A stretch of 64,000 nt of DNA from Epithemia pelagica (taxonomy: Eukaryota; Protista; Bacillariophyta). Every line of letters starts with the position of its first letter. The stretch's first letter is position 1. The translations under genes and the position numbers were made by a program. Positions 1-10,169 of this stretch are shown here, one piece after another. The notes beneath the pieces are model-generated. The model worked only from the letters and a program-made list of their open reading frames with translations. It had not been told where the DNA came from and searched no databases. The DNA lies in the NCBI GenBank assembly GCA_946965045.2, contig OX337231.1, positions 3,286,001-3,350,000 on the forward strand, in the 5' to 3' direction.

Positions 1-3
1 CTT

Positions 4-210
4 TTGCCACGCGATAATTCGGAAGCAATGGCAGTCATATCCTATGAACATCGATATTATCCTCACTACGACCCACGAAACAAATTCCGAGAGTTGGCAC
101 ACGCCAAGTCTCTTGAGGTGGAAACAGTGCCCATAGACGATCATCACGAGGTCTATTCAGTAGAAGACATTGAAATCTGGCTGGTAAGGAGGAAAAGAGA
201 AGTGAAGTAA
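4..210 (+). CDS. 3' end of a gene running in from the left edge; possibly a METTL21/lysine methyltransferase-like protein
   Basis: ORF 'AMAVISYEHRYYPHYDPRNKFRELAHAKSLEVETVP...IEIWLVRRK' resembles the C-terminal strand/helix pattern of family-16 methyltransferases. Only a fragment is visible. Confidence 0.35.
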   Translation: MPRDNSEAMAVISYEHRYYPHYDPRNKFRELAHAKSLEVETVPIDDHHEVYSVEDIEIWLVRRKREVK

Positions 211-571
211 CTGCCCCATTTTGACCCCGCGAAAATTAACGCATGCTATAATATATTGTACCTTACTCTGAGCATGATCCCCTTGAAAGCTTGGCTTCGT
301 CAAGGCACGTGTCATGTTGTGTTTCTGGTTGACCATGTTAAAACCCAAGTAAAACCAGGACAGTCAACGATTTCTCCTCGTGGCTGTAACGTTTGGAATT
401 TCATCTCCATGATCATGCCGTGAGCAAAAGAGCCTTCGTTCAAAATGATAAATCGGCTTGACTGAAGCGCTAATTTCTTCGCCATCTTCGCGTGAATTGA
501 TTAGCATTTTGGTACAAACGTTCAGGGGCCACCAGAAAACAGATGCGACAAAGACGGTAAGCTTTACTACC

Positions 572-1156
572 TCAGAAAAAGTTGCTTAGTCGGTATGCTT
601 CATCCCTTTCATTTTCTTCCTTTTCTTTTCTGTCCTTTTTGTGTTTCTTTTTCTCTTTTCGTCTGCGTTTTCGGCGTTCATGGCTATCCTCACTTTCACT
701 GTCGTAATCATCACTGCTTCGGTTGCGAGATTCATCATCATCTTCTTCTTCCCGTCGGTGGCGTTTCTTTTTCTTCTTTTGACTTTCATGTTTCCGTCGT
801 TTGGAGTGTTTACTACTTTTCCGCTCATGTCGATCTGACGAAGTCGACGAATCGTCGTCATGGTCATCTCGCCGCCGGCTACTACTTTTTCGTTTGGAGC
901 TTTTCTTTGGGCGATGATTGGTGCCTCGAGCAAGCTTGGCATCCCGTTCTCGATCCAACTGTTCCCGGTACGCCGCCATGGCCTCATCTTGTTCATTGAC
1001 CCCGAGCATTTTATCCTGATTTTTCAGTTTGTAGGATTCCCAATCCGGCCTCGAAGAATCTTGAAATCGTTCGCGGATGGTGGTCAAGGGAAGCTCCCCC
1101 GTCGATGCTGCCGCCGCGGCCCGCTGTTGCTGCCATGAAGACCCAGTTCCACTCAT
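572..1156 (-). CDS. FAM133-like Lys/Arg/Ser-rich nuclear protein
   Basis: Single-exon 194-aa ORF. 'TTIRERFQDSSRPDWESYKLK...YREQLDRERDAKL' parallels the FAM133 N-terminal motif and is followed by K/R/S/D low-complexity tracts. Confidence 0.65.
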   Translation of the reverse strand: MSGTGSSWQQQRAAAAASTGELPLTTIRERFQDSSRPDWESYKLKNQDKMLGVNEQDEAMAAYREQLDRERDAKLARGTNHRPKKSSKRKSSSRRRDDHDDDSSTSSDRHERKSSKHSKRRKHESQKKKKKRHRREEEDDDESRNRSSDDYDSESEDSHERRKRRRKEKKKHKKDRKEKEENERDEAYRLSNFF

Positions 1157-1348
1157 TATCAGACCCCAAAGTGGCCAGATTTACTAGCCTTCACTTCCTT
1201 GTCTTTGGGTGTTGATGATTCCACGAGGGAGAGTACCTTACCCACAACACTTGAGAACGTTATGTAAGGCAGTCCCATCGCTACGATCCCTTCTCTCATC
1301 CAGACTAGTGACCACCCCGACGTCCGTCAATGGTGCGCGTATCGCGTA

Positions 1349-1953
1349 AGGGCTGGGGATACCGATCCATGTACATCTAAGTAGGCTCAGTACAAAAGCT
1401 ACGTAGAGTACATAAAATCAGATAGTACACGTCACGCCGGAAATGGTCGGAATTTCAAAAACATGCAAAAACGCTCGACAATGATGGCGAGATCCGGTGA
1501 CGCCGTATGCATTCACCCATGCATCGCATAAACATCCAACCACCGTAAGTCCTTTGCCTTTACCTTTGAAATTGTTGTCTGAAATTACAGAAGATTTGCC
1601 AAGTTGGCTGAAAAGGTACGCTCATTTTTCTGCAGTGATGAAATCGAACGACCGCCCTAACTCATTCATTTTTCAAGGGTGCCTGAATCAAAGTGAAAGC
1701 AAAGTTGCTCTAGTAGTAAAGATTCTTATTGTAAAAGTGATTCAGGCAGGCTCAATTGTTCCGGAAGTTATTGCCATGGGGGTGATGCCTTCCACCATTG
1801 TCGAGCGATGGCTTCCAATTTGCATTGTTTCTCGTGGCAGCAAGTTTTCAATTTGAGACCATCCGCCCCACTTGTTACACTGATGAAAATAGTACTACGT
1901 ACCTTAATGTACTGACCCTACTTAGATGTACATGGATCGGTATCCCCAGCCCT
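1349..1953 (+). mobile_element. MITE family A, copy 1 (605 bp, ~60-bp TIRs, TA flanks)
   Basis: Left end TA|AGGGCTGGGGATACCGATCCATGTACATCTAAGTAGG (TA 1347-1348) is the reverse complement of the right end ...CATGGATCGGTATCCCCAGCCCT|TA (TA 1954-1955). The interior is homologous to 5915-6529 in inverted orientation. Confidence 0.88.
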
Positions 1954-2258
1954 TATGCGCCTTCTCCACTCTCCACCAATTGTTCGTCTTTTGTGCAAGT
2001 CTCAGACTCAGATCTCCCCACAAGAGTCTTTTATCGTTTGAAAGTTCGGTGTCTTTTTAGTTCGTGCCTCTTTGCTTCCGAGCGCCTGACACCACCAGAA
2101 CACACATCCGTAACAACGATCCATGTGAGTGCACCGCGAAGGATCTTTCTGTCATTTACCATTTTCTACAGAAAAAGTCAGAGAGAATCAAGACGAATCT
2201 CTACATTTGAGTTTGTTCATTCTTCTTCCTTACCAGTACATCCAAAAGAACTACGATC

Positions 2259-3208
2259 ATGTGCTTTCCAGCGTGCTTTACGATATCAACAGCCGAAGTG
2301 GGGATTGTGGAAACCTGGGGCAAGTATTCCAAACTCGCACAACCGGGATGTAACATTGTGCTATGTCCGATGCAGTTCATGGCCGGCAAAATTTCTTTTC
2401 GTGTCCAACAATTGAACGTTCGCGTCGAAACCAAAACCTTAGACAATGTATTTCTGGAAGCCGTCGTGTCGGTCCAATATCAAGTACTACGAGACAAGGT
2501 ATACGAGGCATTTTACGCCTTGACCAACCCGAACCAGCAAATTACAGCACATGTCTACGATGTCATGCGTAGTCAGCTACCGCATTTAGAACTCGATGCA
2601 GTATTCGAAGCAAAGGAAGAGCTGGCGCTTGCCGTCAAGAATGCACTTGCCGAAACCATGACCGAGTACGGGTACCAAATTGTAAATGTTTTGATCACGG
2701 ACCTCGATCCAGACCAACGAGTCAAGGTACGTCTTTATTAATTCTATTTCTGGAGCAATGATGACTGAGCATCACGCAGATTCTAATGAGTTTGCTTCTT
2801 CCATTTTGTTTTGGACGGGATTGATCATACCTGCAGAGTGCCATGAACGAAATTAACAGCAGTAAGCGTCTCAAATATGCCATTGCCGAGCGCGCCGAGG
2901 GAGACAAGATTTTGCAGGTCAAGGCAGCTGAGGCAGAAGCAGAGGCCAAGTATTTGTCGGGTGTAGGTGTGGCCAAACAGCGAAAGGCGATTGTCGATGG
3001 ACTTCGATCCAGTATTGTGGACTTTTCCGACCAAGTGGAAGGCTCGTCCACAAAAGAAGTCATGGACTTGCTCTTGTTGACACAGTACTTTGACATGGTA
3101 CGCGATGTGGGACAAGCCAATCATTGCAAAACTACCTTCACACCTTCTTCTGGAGGTGTTGGTGAAACGCTGCGAAACTCTCTCCTACAGGCTCATGACA
3201 GTGCCTAG
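2259..3208 (+). CDS. SPFH/band-7 protein, hypersensitive-induced-reaction (HIR) type; exons 2259-2726, 2837-3208
   Basis: Motifs 'VGIVETWGKY', 'VETKTLDNVF', 'YDVMRSQLP', 'AMNEIN', 'KAAEAEAEAKYLSGVGVAKQRKAIVDGL', 'TQYFD'. A GT-AG intron (2727-2836) joins RVK|SAMNE in frame. Confidence 0.93.
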
Positions 3209-3652
3209 ACATGTTTTGTTTGTGTGTGGATGTGGATGAATTGAAGTAAATCTTCGTATTGGATTCTTGAATGAAATAGACCAATGTTTCATTACAGTAT
3301 TTATGCCTTGTATTAGATTCTTGAGACCATTTCGGGTGCATGCTTAATCCGGAACTTAGGAGGAATTCAATTTGCATGTTGGTCGTCACAGGGTATTCGT
3401 GGTGCCATGGTGAGGTACTTGTCTTCAAATCCCGTCACAGTCATGCTTCCGAAAAGATGGTTATACATGGACAGAATTCAAAGAAGGATGTTAAGAGAAG
3501 CCAAGAGTTTGTCGCGAGAGTTCAACTTATCTATGAACAATCAACCAGATAGGGGGTCCGAATTCACAAGATAAAAACATTCATTCGAAAACTACTATTT
3601 ATTCATTCGATAAAAACACACTTCACATGAAAAGGAAGAGGAGGGACATCCA

Positions 3653-4710
3653 TTATTTGTTTGACGCAAAGGAAGATCGGACGGAAGCCTGGAGTTTGGC
3701 AACCGTGCTGGGATCGTGTTCCAGAAAGAGGTTGTTGGCACCAACAGTTGAAAGAGTATCAAAATACTGACTCAAGAGCAAAATATCCATTACATCCTTG
3801 GGCGTGGTGCCCTTGACTTCATTAGAGAATTCAGCAACCGAACTTTGGAGTCCTTGAACAATTGCCTTTCGTTGACGTGCCACGCCTAAACCTGACAAAC
3901 TGCGAGTGACATCAAGGGTAAGAGCCGCAATCAACACACAACAAAAGGGATAAACGAATGAATAGATTCACCCAAAATGTTCCGTTTCCACTTACTATCG
4001 CGCTTCAGCTTCAGCTTCGGCCGCCTTGACTTGCTTGGTCTTGTCTGCTTCGGCTTTGTGCGCGGCCGCTTCTTTGAGACGGCGACTCGCATTGATTTCG
4101 TTCATGGACGCCTTGACCTTGGAGTCCGGTGAAATATCCGTCACCAAGGTGTTACGAATCTCGTATCCATAGTCTCTCATTACTTGAGTAAGGGATTGTT
4201 GAACATCAGCCGCAATCTCGGCCTTGGAGGCAAATGACTCGTCCAACTCCATCTTGGGGATAGTGGACCGAATCACGTCAAACACATAGGACTGAATTTG
4301 TCCTCGGGGATCGGAGAGGCGATAAAAGGCCTCGTAGGCAGACTCGGTCAAGACACGATATTGCACAGCCACAGCCACCTGTACAAAGACATTGTCTTTG
4401 GTCTTTGTTTCACAATAGACGTCTAACTGCTGGATTCGGAGGGACAGAGTACCAACAACATTGGAGCAAGGCCAGCAGATGATGCTCAAGCCAGGGCTGA
4501 GCAAACTCTTGAATTGTCCTGTGTACGCAAATATAACAGAAAATTCAGTCAGTGACTTCCTGTCTGGCGCCACAACTCAAAGAAAACAGAATCGAATGAG
4601 AACACTACTCAAGAATACCCACCTAAATCCTCAACAATTCCCACTTCTTGCGTTCGAATGCACTGCAAACAGCAGCAGCCGCTTGGTCCGGTAAGAGCGT
4701 ATTGTTCCAT
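3653..4710 (-). CDS. Second HIR-type SPFH/band-7 protein; exons 4710-4623, 4518-3996, 3899-3653
   Basis: Splicing gives MEQYALTGPSGCCCLQCIRTQEVGIVEDLG|QFK...ETKTKDNVF...KAAEAEAEARY|LSGLGVARQRKAIVQGL...SQYFD. Both introns are GT-AG and frame-preserving. Confidence 0.92.
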
Positions 4711-4922
4711 GGTGAGAGGAGATGAATGATTCGTTGGTTACGTAAGATTCGAAGGAACGGGTTGTCAACCAAAAGTGTGTCGGCAAAAGCAAAGATCGAA
4801 ATGTGGGAATTTGGTCGGGGATGGTCGCGGAGAAGAGCAAATCTCTCGTTTCGTCCGAAAAATCAGAAATCGGAACAGGCGGACACTCGGAATGACCCTC
4901 GGTTTATAAGACTCACGACTTA

Positions 4923-5707
4923 GGCTATCTCCACCCGGGCCCGCTAAAGGCCCCAAAACCGCTATCGAACTCCACCATCTCCCCTAACCGCTAAACAGCT
5001 CCGCTATCCGCTATTTTTGCCGCTATTTGGGGCCCCGAATAGCGGGGAAAATAGCGGATAGCGGAGCAAAATATAACCGTCGGCATTACTGCTGCCAACA
5101 GTGAAACTTTGAATCTCTCGTGTCGAAAACATGGCAATAGCACGTATTGATTGTGACGATCGCTTACCATCTCTTTTTCCATTGTTGTGTTCCCTACTTC
5201 CTACAATGGGACAAGAACCATGCACAGTAAGATGATTCGAGGATCACGGATCGGAAGGAATGCAACAATCAAACAAATGCATCATTCAAACTATTGATGA
5301 GTTCGATTATCACTTATCAGACAATCAATCGGAAATCGGACAGGGAATAGGAAGATTGGACTGCAACCTACAACCTACAACCTACATCTACATTGGCCAT
5401 GAACAACAACATGATTCACCATGACAGTCAACAATGAAGAGGGAGAACAACGAGTCCTCCATCTTTGGTTTATGCTTTGTGCTCGTTGATTGTCTTGTTT
5501 GAATTCCGCAACTTCCGCGGTCGTACCCCTTTTCAACCGAAACAAGAGAGGGCATATGCATATGCGCAATGCGCGAGATAGCGGCGTTCTTTTAACGGAG
5601 ATCGTGGAGTTTATTTCCCTTTGGCTCCGCTAATCCGCTATCCGGATAGCGAGGCCAATCAGAAAGCCCCAATACGTCAGCATAGCGGCGCTCGGGTGGA
5701 GATAGCC
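4923..5707. mobile_element. PIF/Harbinger-type MITE (785 bp, TTA target-site duplication)
   Basis: TTA(4920-4922)|GGCTATCTCCACCCG ... CGGGTGGAGATAGCC|TTA(5708-5710). About a dozen subterminal CCGCTA/TAGCGG motifs cluster at both ends. Confidence 0.88.
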
Positions 5708-5914
5708 TTACCTATCGATTTACGCTAATGACTTACATTTTCTATTGTCCCAGAACCCAGAATACTTGACCTCTAGGAGTAGATACGAATCCATCGCTAG
5801 TTCTAGGTAACCTTAGCTCCTAGTTCGGCTTTGCTGTGCCCCTTTCGTAGGCATATGAGACGAATTGTCCGAGAGTTTGTCTCGGTTTGCCTGCCGCTAC
5901 GGATACATCATCTA

Positions 5915-6529
5915 AGGGCTGGGTAAGCCGATCCATGTTCGGCTAGGTAGGTTCAGTACATTAAGCTACGTAGTACTATTTTCATCACTGTAACAAGTGG
6001 GGCGGATGGTCACACCGAGTCTCAAATCGAAAACATGGCGCCACGAGAAACAATGCAATCCGGAAGCCACCATTAGACAATGGTCGAAGCCATCACCCCC
6101 ATGGCAATAACTTCCTGGATAATTGGGCTTGACTGAATCGCTTCTAGAATAAGACTCTTTACTACTAGATCAACTATGCTTTCAATTTGATTCAGTCACC
6201 GTTGAGAAATGATGAAGTTAGGAAGGTTTTTGGAATACATCACCAAAGAAAAATGAGTATACCTTTTGATCCAACGCGACAAATCTTCTGTAGCTGCAGA
6301 ACGCAGTAATACTAGCAAACTCAAACAACTTACAGTAGTCGGATGTTGATGCGATGCATGAGTGAATGCATACGGCATCACCGGATCTCGCCGTCATCGT
6401 GGAGTGTTTTTGCATTTTTTCGGACTTCCCACCATTTCAGGTATGACGTGTACTATGGGATTTTATGTACAATACGTAGCTTTTGTACTGAACCTACCTA
6501 GCCGAACATTGATCGGCTTACCCAGCCCT
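5915..6529 (-). mobile_element. MITE family A, copy 2 (615 bp, ~60-bp TIRs, TA flanks)
   Basis: TA(5913-5914)|AGGGCTGGGTAAGCCGATCCATGTTCGGCTAGGTAGG ... GATCGGCTTACCCAGCCCT|TA(6530-6531). The interior is the inverted homologue of 1349-1953. Confidence 0.88.
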
Positions 6530-6647
6530 TACCTCAAGCGATGGTGTGCAGGTGAATCAACACTTCTTGTGTCCTCCTTTTCTGAGGTGAGCCGCCCAAC
6601 CTTGGAACAGAGACATGCTGTTGAGTATGCTGGAGAAACAGCCGTCA

Positions 6648-8222
6648 TTATAACTCTCCTCGCCGTTCCATATCACGAGCTCGCGCTTTCAGGGATTTCC
6701 AACTATCGGGGTCGTTGGAGCTTGACAAAGTGCCATCTTCTAGGTCGTCCTCCATTATTTCTTCATCGTAGGCCCAATCACTATTGAACTCCTCTTGTTC
6801 CATGTCGAATTCATCATTTTCATAAGCTCCATAGTCGTCGTGGATCCAGTCGTAGCCTTGCTCGTACATTAAGTCGTCGTCATCGTAAAACTCCTCGTTC
6901 AAAGTCAATGCTGATTCGCCGTCAGTTCCGTCTTGGTCTCTCTCTTCGTTTTCATCCGGGTAGGTTGCCTTGAACTCTGCGACACTTGTTTCGCATGCTT
7001 CTAAAATGATATTCCATAAGGGTTTAATACCTTCACCAGTAATGCTGCTGACGGCCAGGGGTTGACCTTCTGGCAACCCCAGACCCTTTTGAATGGCCTG
7101 TAGATTCTGACTTTGCTGTTGTTGACTTTTGATTTTGTCGATTTTCGTAGCCAGTACTAAAATGGGGATTCCCATGTCATAGAGCGCCGCCAATACGGTG
7201 CGATCGTCATCACTGGGTGGTGCCCTTCGTAGATCAACGAGCAAGATTCCCAGGGCCAATTCCCGACGCTTGGCCAAGTAATGTTCGGCAGCCTCTTGGA
7301 CGGACTCTTGCACGTTTTTACTCAGTTTTGCGTATCCAAACCCAGGAAGATCTGCAAATCCCAGCAAGTATTTTGTTGTTTGGTCTTGATTCTTCGCCTT
7401 GGACGCGGCTGTGGTGAGGGCATATAGGTTCACAGAGGCTGTGGCCCCCGGTGTCTTGCCAACTCGTGCTTGGTCCGAGGACGCCGACCGGCCTGATGCT
7501 GTCGACACGAGTCGATTGAGTAAACTCGATTTACCAACATTGGACCGTCCCAAAAAGGCAATTTCGGGTACTCCCAAGGAAGGTGGAAGTCGTCGATCCA
7601 AATACGATCCGACAAAGCGCATTCCGTTTGGTGCCGTGACCGGATTGAATCTTCTCCACTTGAGAAAGCGTTGGTCAGCCTCGTTCAGGAAATTTTTGGA
7701 CAAGGTCTTTTTCGACGACTCCAAGGATGCAGGGTTCTCGTGGATCCCTTGGCGTGCTTTTTCACGTCGTTCCTTTTCTCGTTCGATATTCAGTTTGGCT
7801 TCTTTGGTGCTTAAGACTTGCCATGGAGGAGCTGGTTTGCTACTAGCTCCTGTAGATTTCTTTTTGGCACCTTGCTTGAGCTCTGAGGGTGCGATAGAAG
7901 TAGCAGACATTGTTGACTTTGTTTTTCGGGATGTCTTTGCGGTTGCTTTGTTGTTGCTTCTCTGTTTCTTGGATGACGAAGCGCCAAAGACGCCACGACG
8001 GCGTGATTTGGCCTTCATTTTGGCGGCGAAAAGGGCAGTCATTCTTCGCGGGAAGGAATTTGCGACGGACATAGGATCATAGCAACGACTTGGAGACCAC
8101 GGAGCAGAGGCTGCTCCGTCATGGAACAAGGGCGTAAAAGCAAACGCTTCACATAAAGGTCCGAAAAACAGATTCGAAACCAACACAAAGACGGTCACGA
8201 CAATTCCACATTTTGAAACCAT
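6648..8222 (-). CDS. engB: Ribosome-biogenesis GTPase EngB/YsxC, plastid-targeted
   Basis: G1 'FLGRSNVGKSSLLN', 'VGKTPGAT', G3 'DLPGFG' and G4 'TKID'. The N-terminal signal peptide ends in 'CEAF-AF'. ATG at 8222 is preferred over the ORF-track start at 8303. Confidence 0.9.
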   Translation of the reverse strand: MVSKCGIVVTVFVLVSNLFFGPLCEAFAFTPLFHDGAASAPWSPSRCYDPMSVANSFPRRMTALFAAKMKAKSRRRGVFGASSSKKQRSNNKATAKTSRKTKSTMSATSIAPSELKQGAKKKSTGASSKPAPPWQVLSTKEAKLNIEREKERREKARQGIHENPASLESSKKTLSKNFLNEADQRFLKWRRFNPVTAPNGMRFVGSYLDRRLPPSLGVPEIAFLGRSNVGKSSLLNRLVSTASGRSASSDQARVGKTPGATASVNLYALTTAASKAKNQDQTTKYLLGFADLPGFGYAKLSKNVQESVQEAAEHYLAKRRELALGILLVDLRRAPPSDDDRTVLAALYDMGIPILVLATKIDKIKSQQQQSQNLQAIQKGLGLPEGQPLAVSSITGEGIKPLWNIILEACETSVAEFKATYPDENEERDQDGTDGESALTLNEEFYDDDDLMYEQGYDWIHDDYGAYENDEFDMEQEEFNSDWAYDEEIMEDDLEDGTLSSSNDPDSWKSLKARARDMERRGEL

Positions 8223-8529
8223 GTCAGAAGATTCGGCTGCAAGGGATTTGGGGAGATGCTCAGGGCGGAAACTAAAGAAGACGACCGATTTGGGATGATC
8301 CATACACCATCGACATTGGGATGATGCCCCGATGGTTCAAAAGAAGAAGCGAATGATTTTGATGGTTGACATCTGCGGCACGCACATGATCCGCGACCGA
8401 CATTCTTTTTGCGAGGGACGACGGACGCACTTGACAATGGCATCCGCGCAACAGATCACGCATCCATCACCGTTCCATCATCCTTCAGGTTGTTTACATT
8501 ATCAAAAAGTAGAGACGATATATCATAGA

Positions 8530-9045
8530 ATGAAATCGCGACGGACTTCTGTACTCGGTGTAATGCTAGTGGCACTGGTTCTGCTCGCAGTCAGTTGCGC
8601 TTCGGTTTGTGGAATGGCCATTCCACAGCCTCCCAAGAAGAAGTATGGGGGTGGTTATGGAATTGGTCGGTTGGTGATTGATGAAGAGGCAGGAAAGGAG
8701 GGAGGTGTTCAATGTCATTACGATATGATCTTGTGCGAACGACTTCAAGGGACACGAGCGGACAAGAATGATTCGGGAGATGGTAGCCTCTATATCCCCG
8801 ATGAGGATTTGCCTCGGTTGCACTTGTGTCGGGTCTTGTCGGTCGGACCAGGACGCGAGGAAGAAAATGGAATTATTGCTCCAATGCCTGAATTTCAAGT
8901 GGGTGACATTATCATTGCAAAAAATCCATGGGGGATTGGTCCGAAAGATGAAGAAACAACGACTGGTATGAAACTATCGTACATGCGGAGCAACGACATT
9001 GCTGCCGTTATCACGGGTGGGTTGGTTCCTGAGGAGGCTGAATAA
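8530..9045 (+). CDS. GroES/chaperonin-10 family protein with signal peptide
   Basis: 'DMILCERL...GSLYIPD...CRVLSVGPGREEENG...QVGDIII...YMRSNDIAAVI' is the Cpn10 pattern. Hydrophobic N-terminus from ATG 8530. Confidence 0.8.
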   Translation: MKSRRTSVLGVMLVALVLLAVSCASVCGMAIPQPPKKKYGGGYGIGRLVIDEEAGKEGGVQCHYDMILCERLQGTRADKNDSGDGSLYIPDEDLPRLHLCRVLSVGPGREEENGIIAPMPEFQVGDIIIAKNPWGIGPKDEETTTGMKLSYMRSNDIAAVITGGLVPEEAE

Positions 9046-9222
9046 ATCAGACAGCACAGAGTGGCATTGTTGGTTCAATGCGGAAGGTGAAGGAACACAA
9101 GCGGAACAAGGCGTGTGCAACGTTCTGTAGGAATATGCTAGTAGTCTATCATTATTGTTGATTTCATCTCGGAATCGCCCGATTCTCGGTGTTATCCGTT
9201 TGCCTTTAACTGTCTTGGAGCT

Positions 9223-10016
9223 TTAACAGCCCCGACCAAGCTCTTCACACATGGCATTGCGTCGTTCTTCTTTGGTTTGCCCTTTGAACTCTTTTTGCTT
9301 CTCCTGTTCGCCCTTAAAGTTATCACCAAACGCTTGGGGTCGACTGGCCTTTTTCTGAAGTTCCATTTTCCTCTTGAGTTTGGCTTCCATTGCGGCAGCC
9401 TGGAATATCATTTGCCACAAACCCAGAAGGAATCAGGCAGGATTCAACGAAGAGAGTACAATGAAGGAAAAGATGACAAACAATCATGAGACTACAGGAT
9501 AATCCAAAAGTAGTACGTCAAAAGTGTTGCCAATCTGGGATAGAAGTCTCTTTCACGATAAAAAAGAAAGGCCTCAGCAAAACCAGCAATTCTTGTTCCC
9601 CGCTTCCATGAATGGAAGAGGGCAGCGACATTGGAAGATGGAGAACGACGACCAAACCGCTGCGAAAAGAGTCGAGTATACGGGGGTATAGACAGACGAA
9701 TCGATGAGAAAGAGACCATCATCCAACCTACCTCATCGAGTTTTTGTTGCTCTTCCGTGGGCATGGCCAAATCGTCAACATCGGCAAGGGCCGGTAATGA
9801 GACTCCTCCAGTAGTCACCAGGACGGCAAGGCCGGTCATGACCACGTCCCGACGACTGGATGCGAACAGGGATGTGCTGGATCTTGTCGTTTGGCAAACA
9901 TGTTGTCGCTGAATGTTGGGTGGTACAGGAACCACTGAGAATCCCAGAGACACTGACACCAGTACAGCTAGAATCAAAAGGCAAAAAGGATTCGGCGCTG
10001 TCAGTTTCATCATCAT
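9223..10016 (-). CDS. Small plastid, probably thylakoid-lumen, protein of unknown function; exons 10016-9732, 9399-9223
   Basis: Signal peptide 'SLG-F', transit peptide, twin-Arg 'SRRDVV', hydrophobic core and 'ALA' cleavage site. A GT-AG intron joins KLDE|AAAMEAK. The mature part ends 'MCEELGRGC'. Confidence 0.75.
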
Positions 10017-10169
10017 GGTCGTTGGTGCTTTTTTGAGTCAGAAAAAAGATTTGGCCATCAAAACCGGGACTGACGTTGGTTTTTGAGTCACGCGTCTCTA
10101 CCATATGGGGAGACTCATAACCCGTATCATATCCAAGAGAACCTCCTTCCAACAAAATCGAAAGAAACA

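Noticed and set aside
1634-1686. Possible C/D-box snoRNA (GTGATGA...CTGA) inside MITE A
   Set aside because: Only about 50 nt, the C box is degenerate in copy 2 (GTGATGT), and there is no terminal stem or recognisable rRNA guide.
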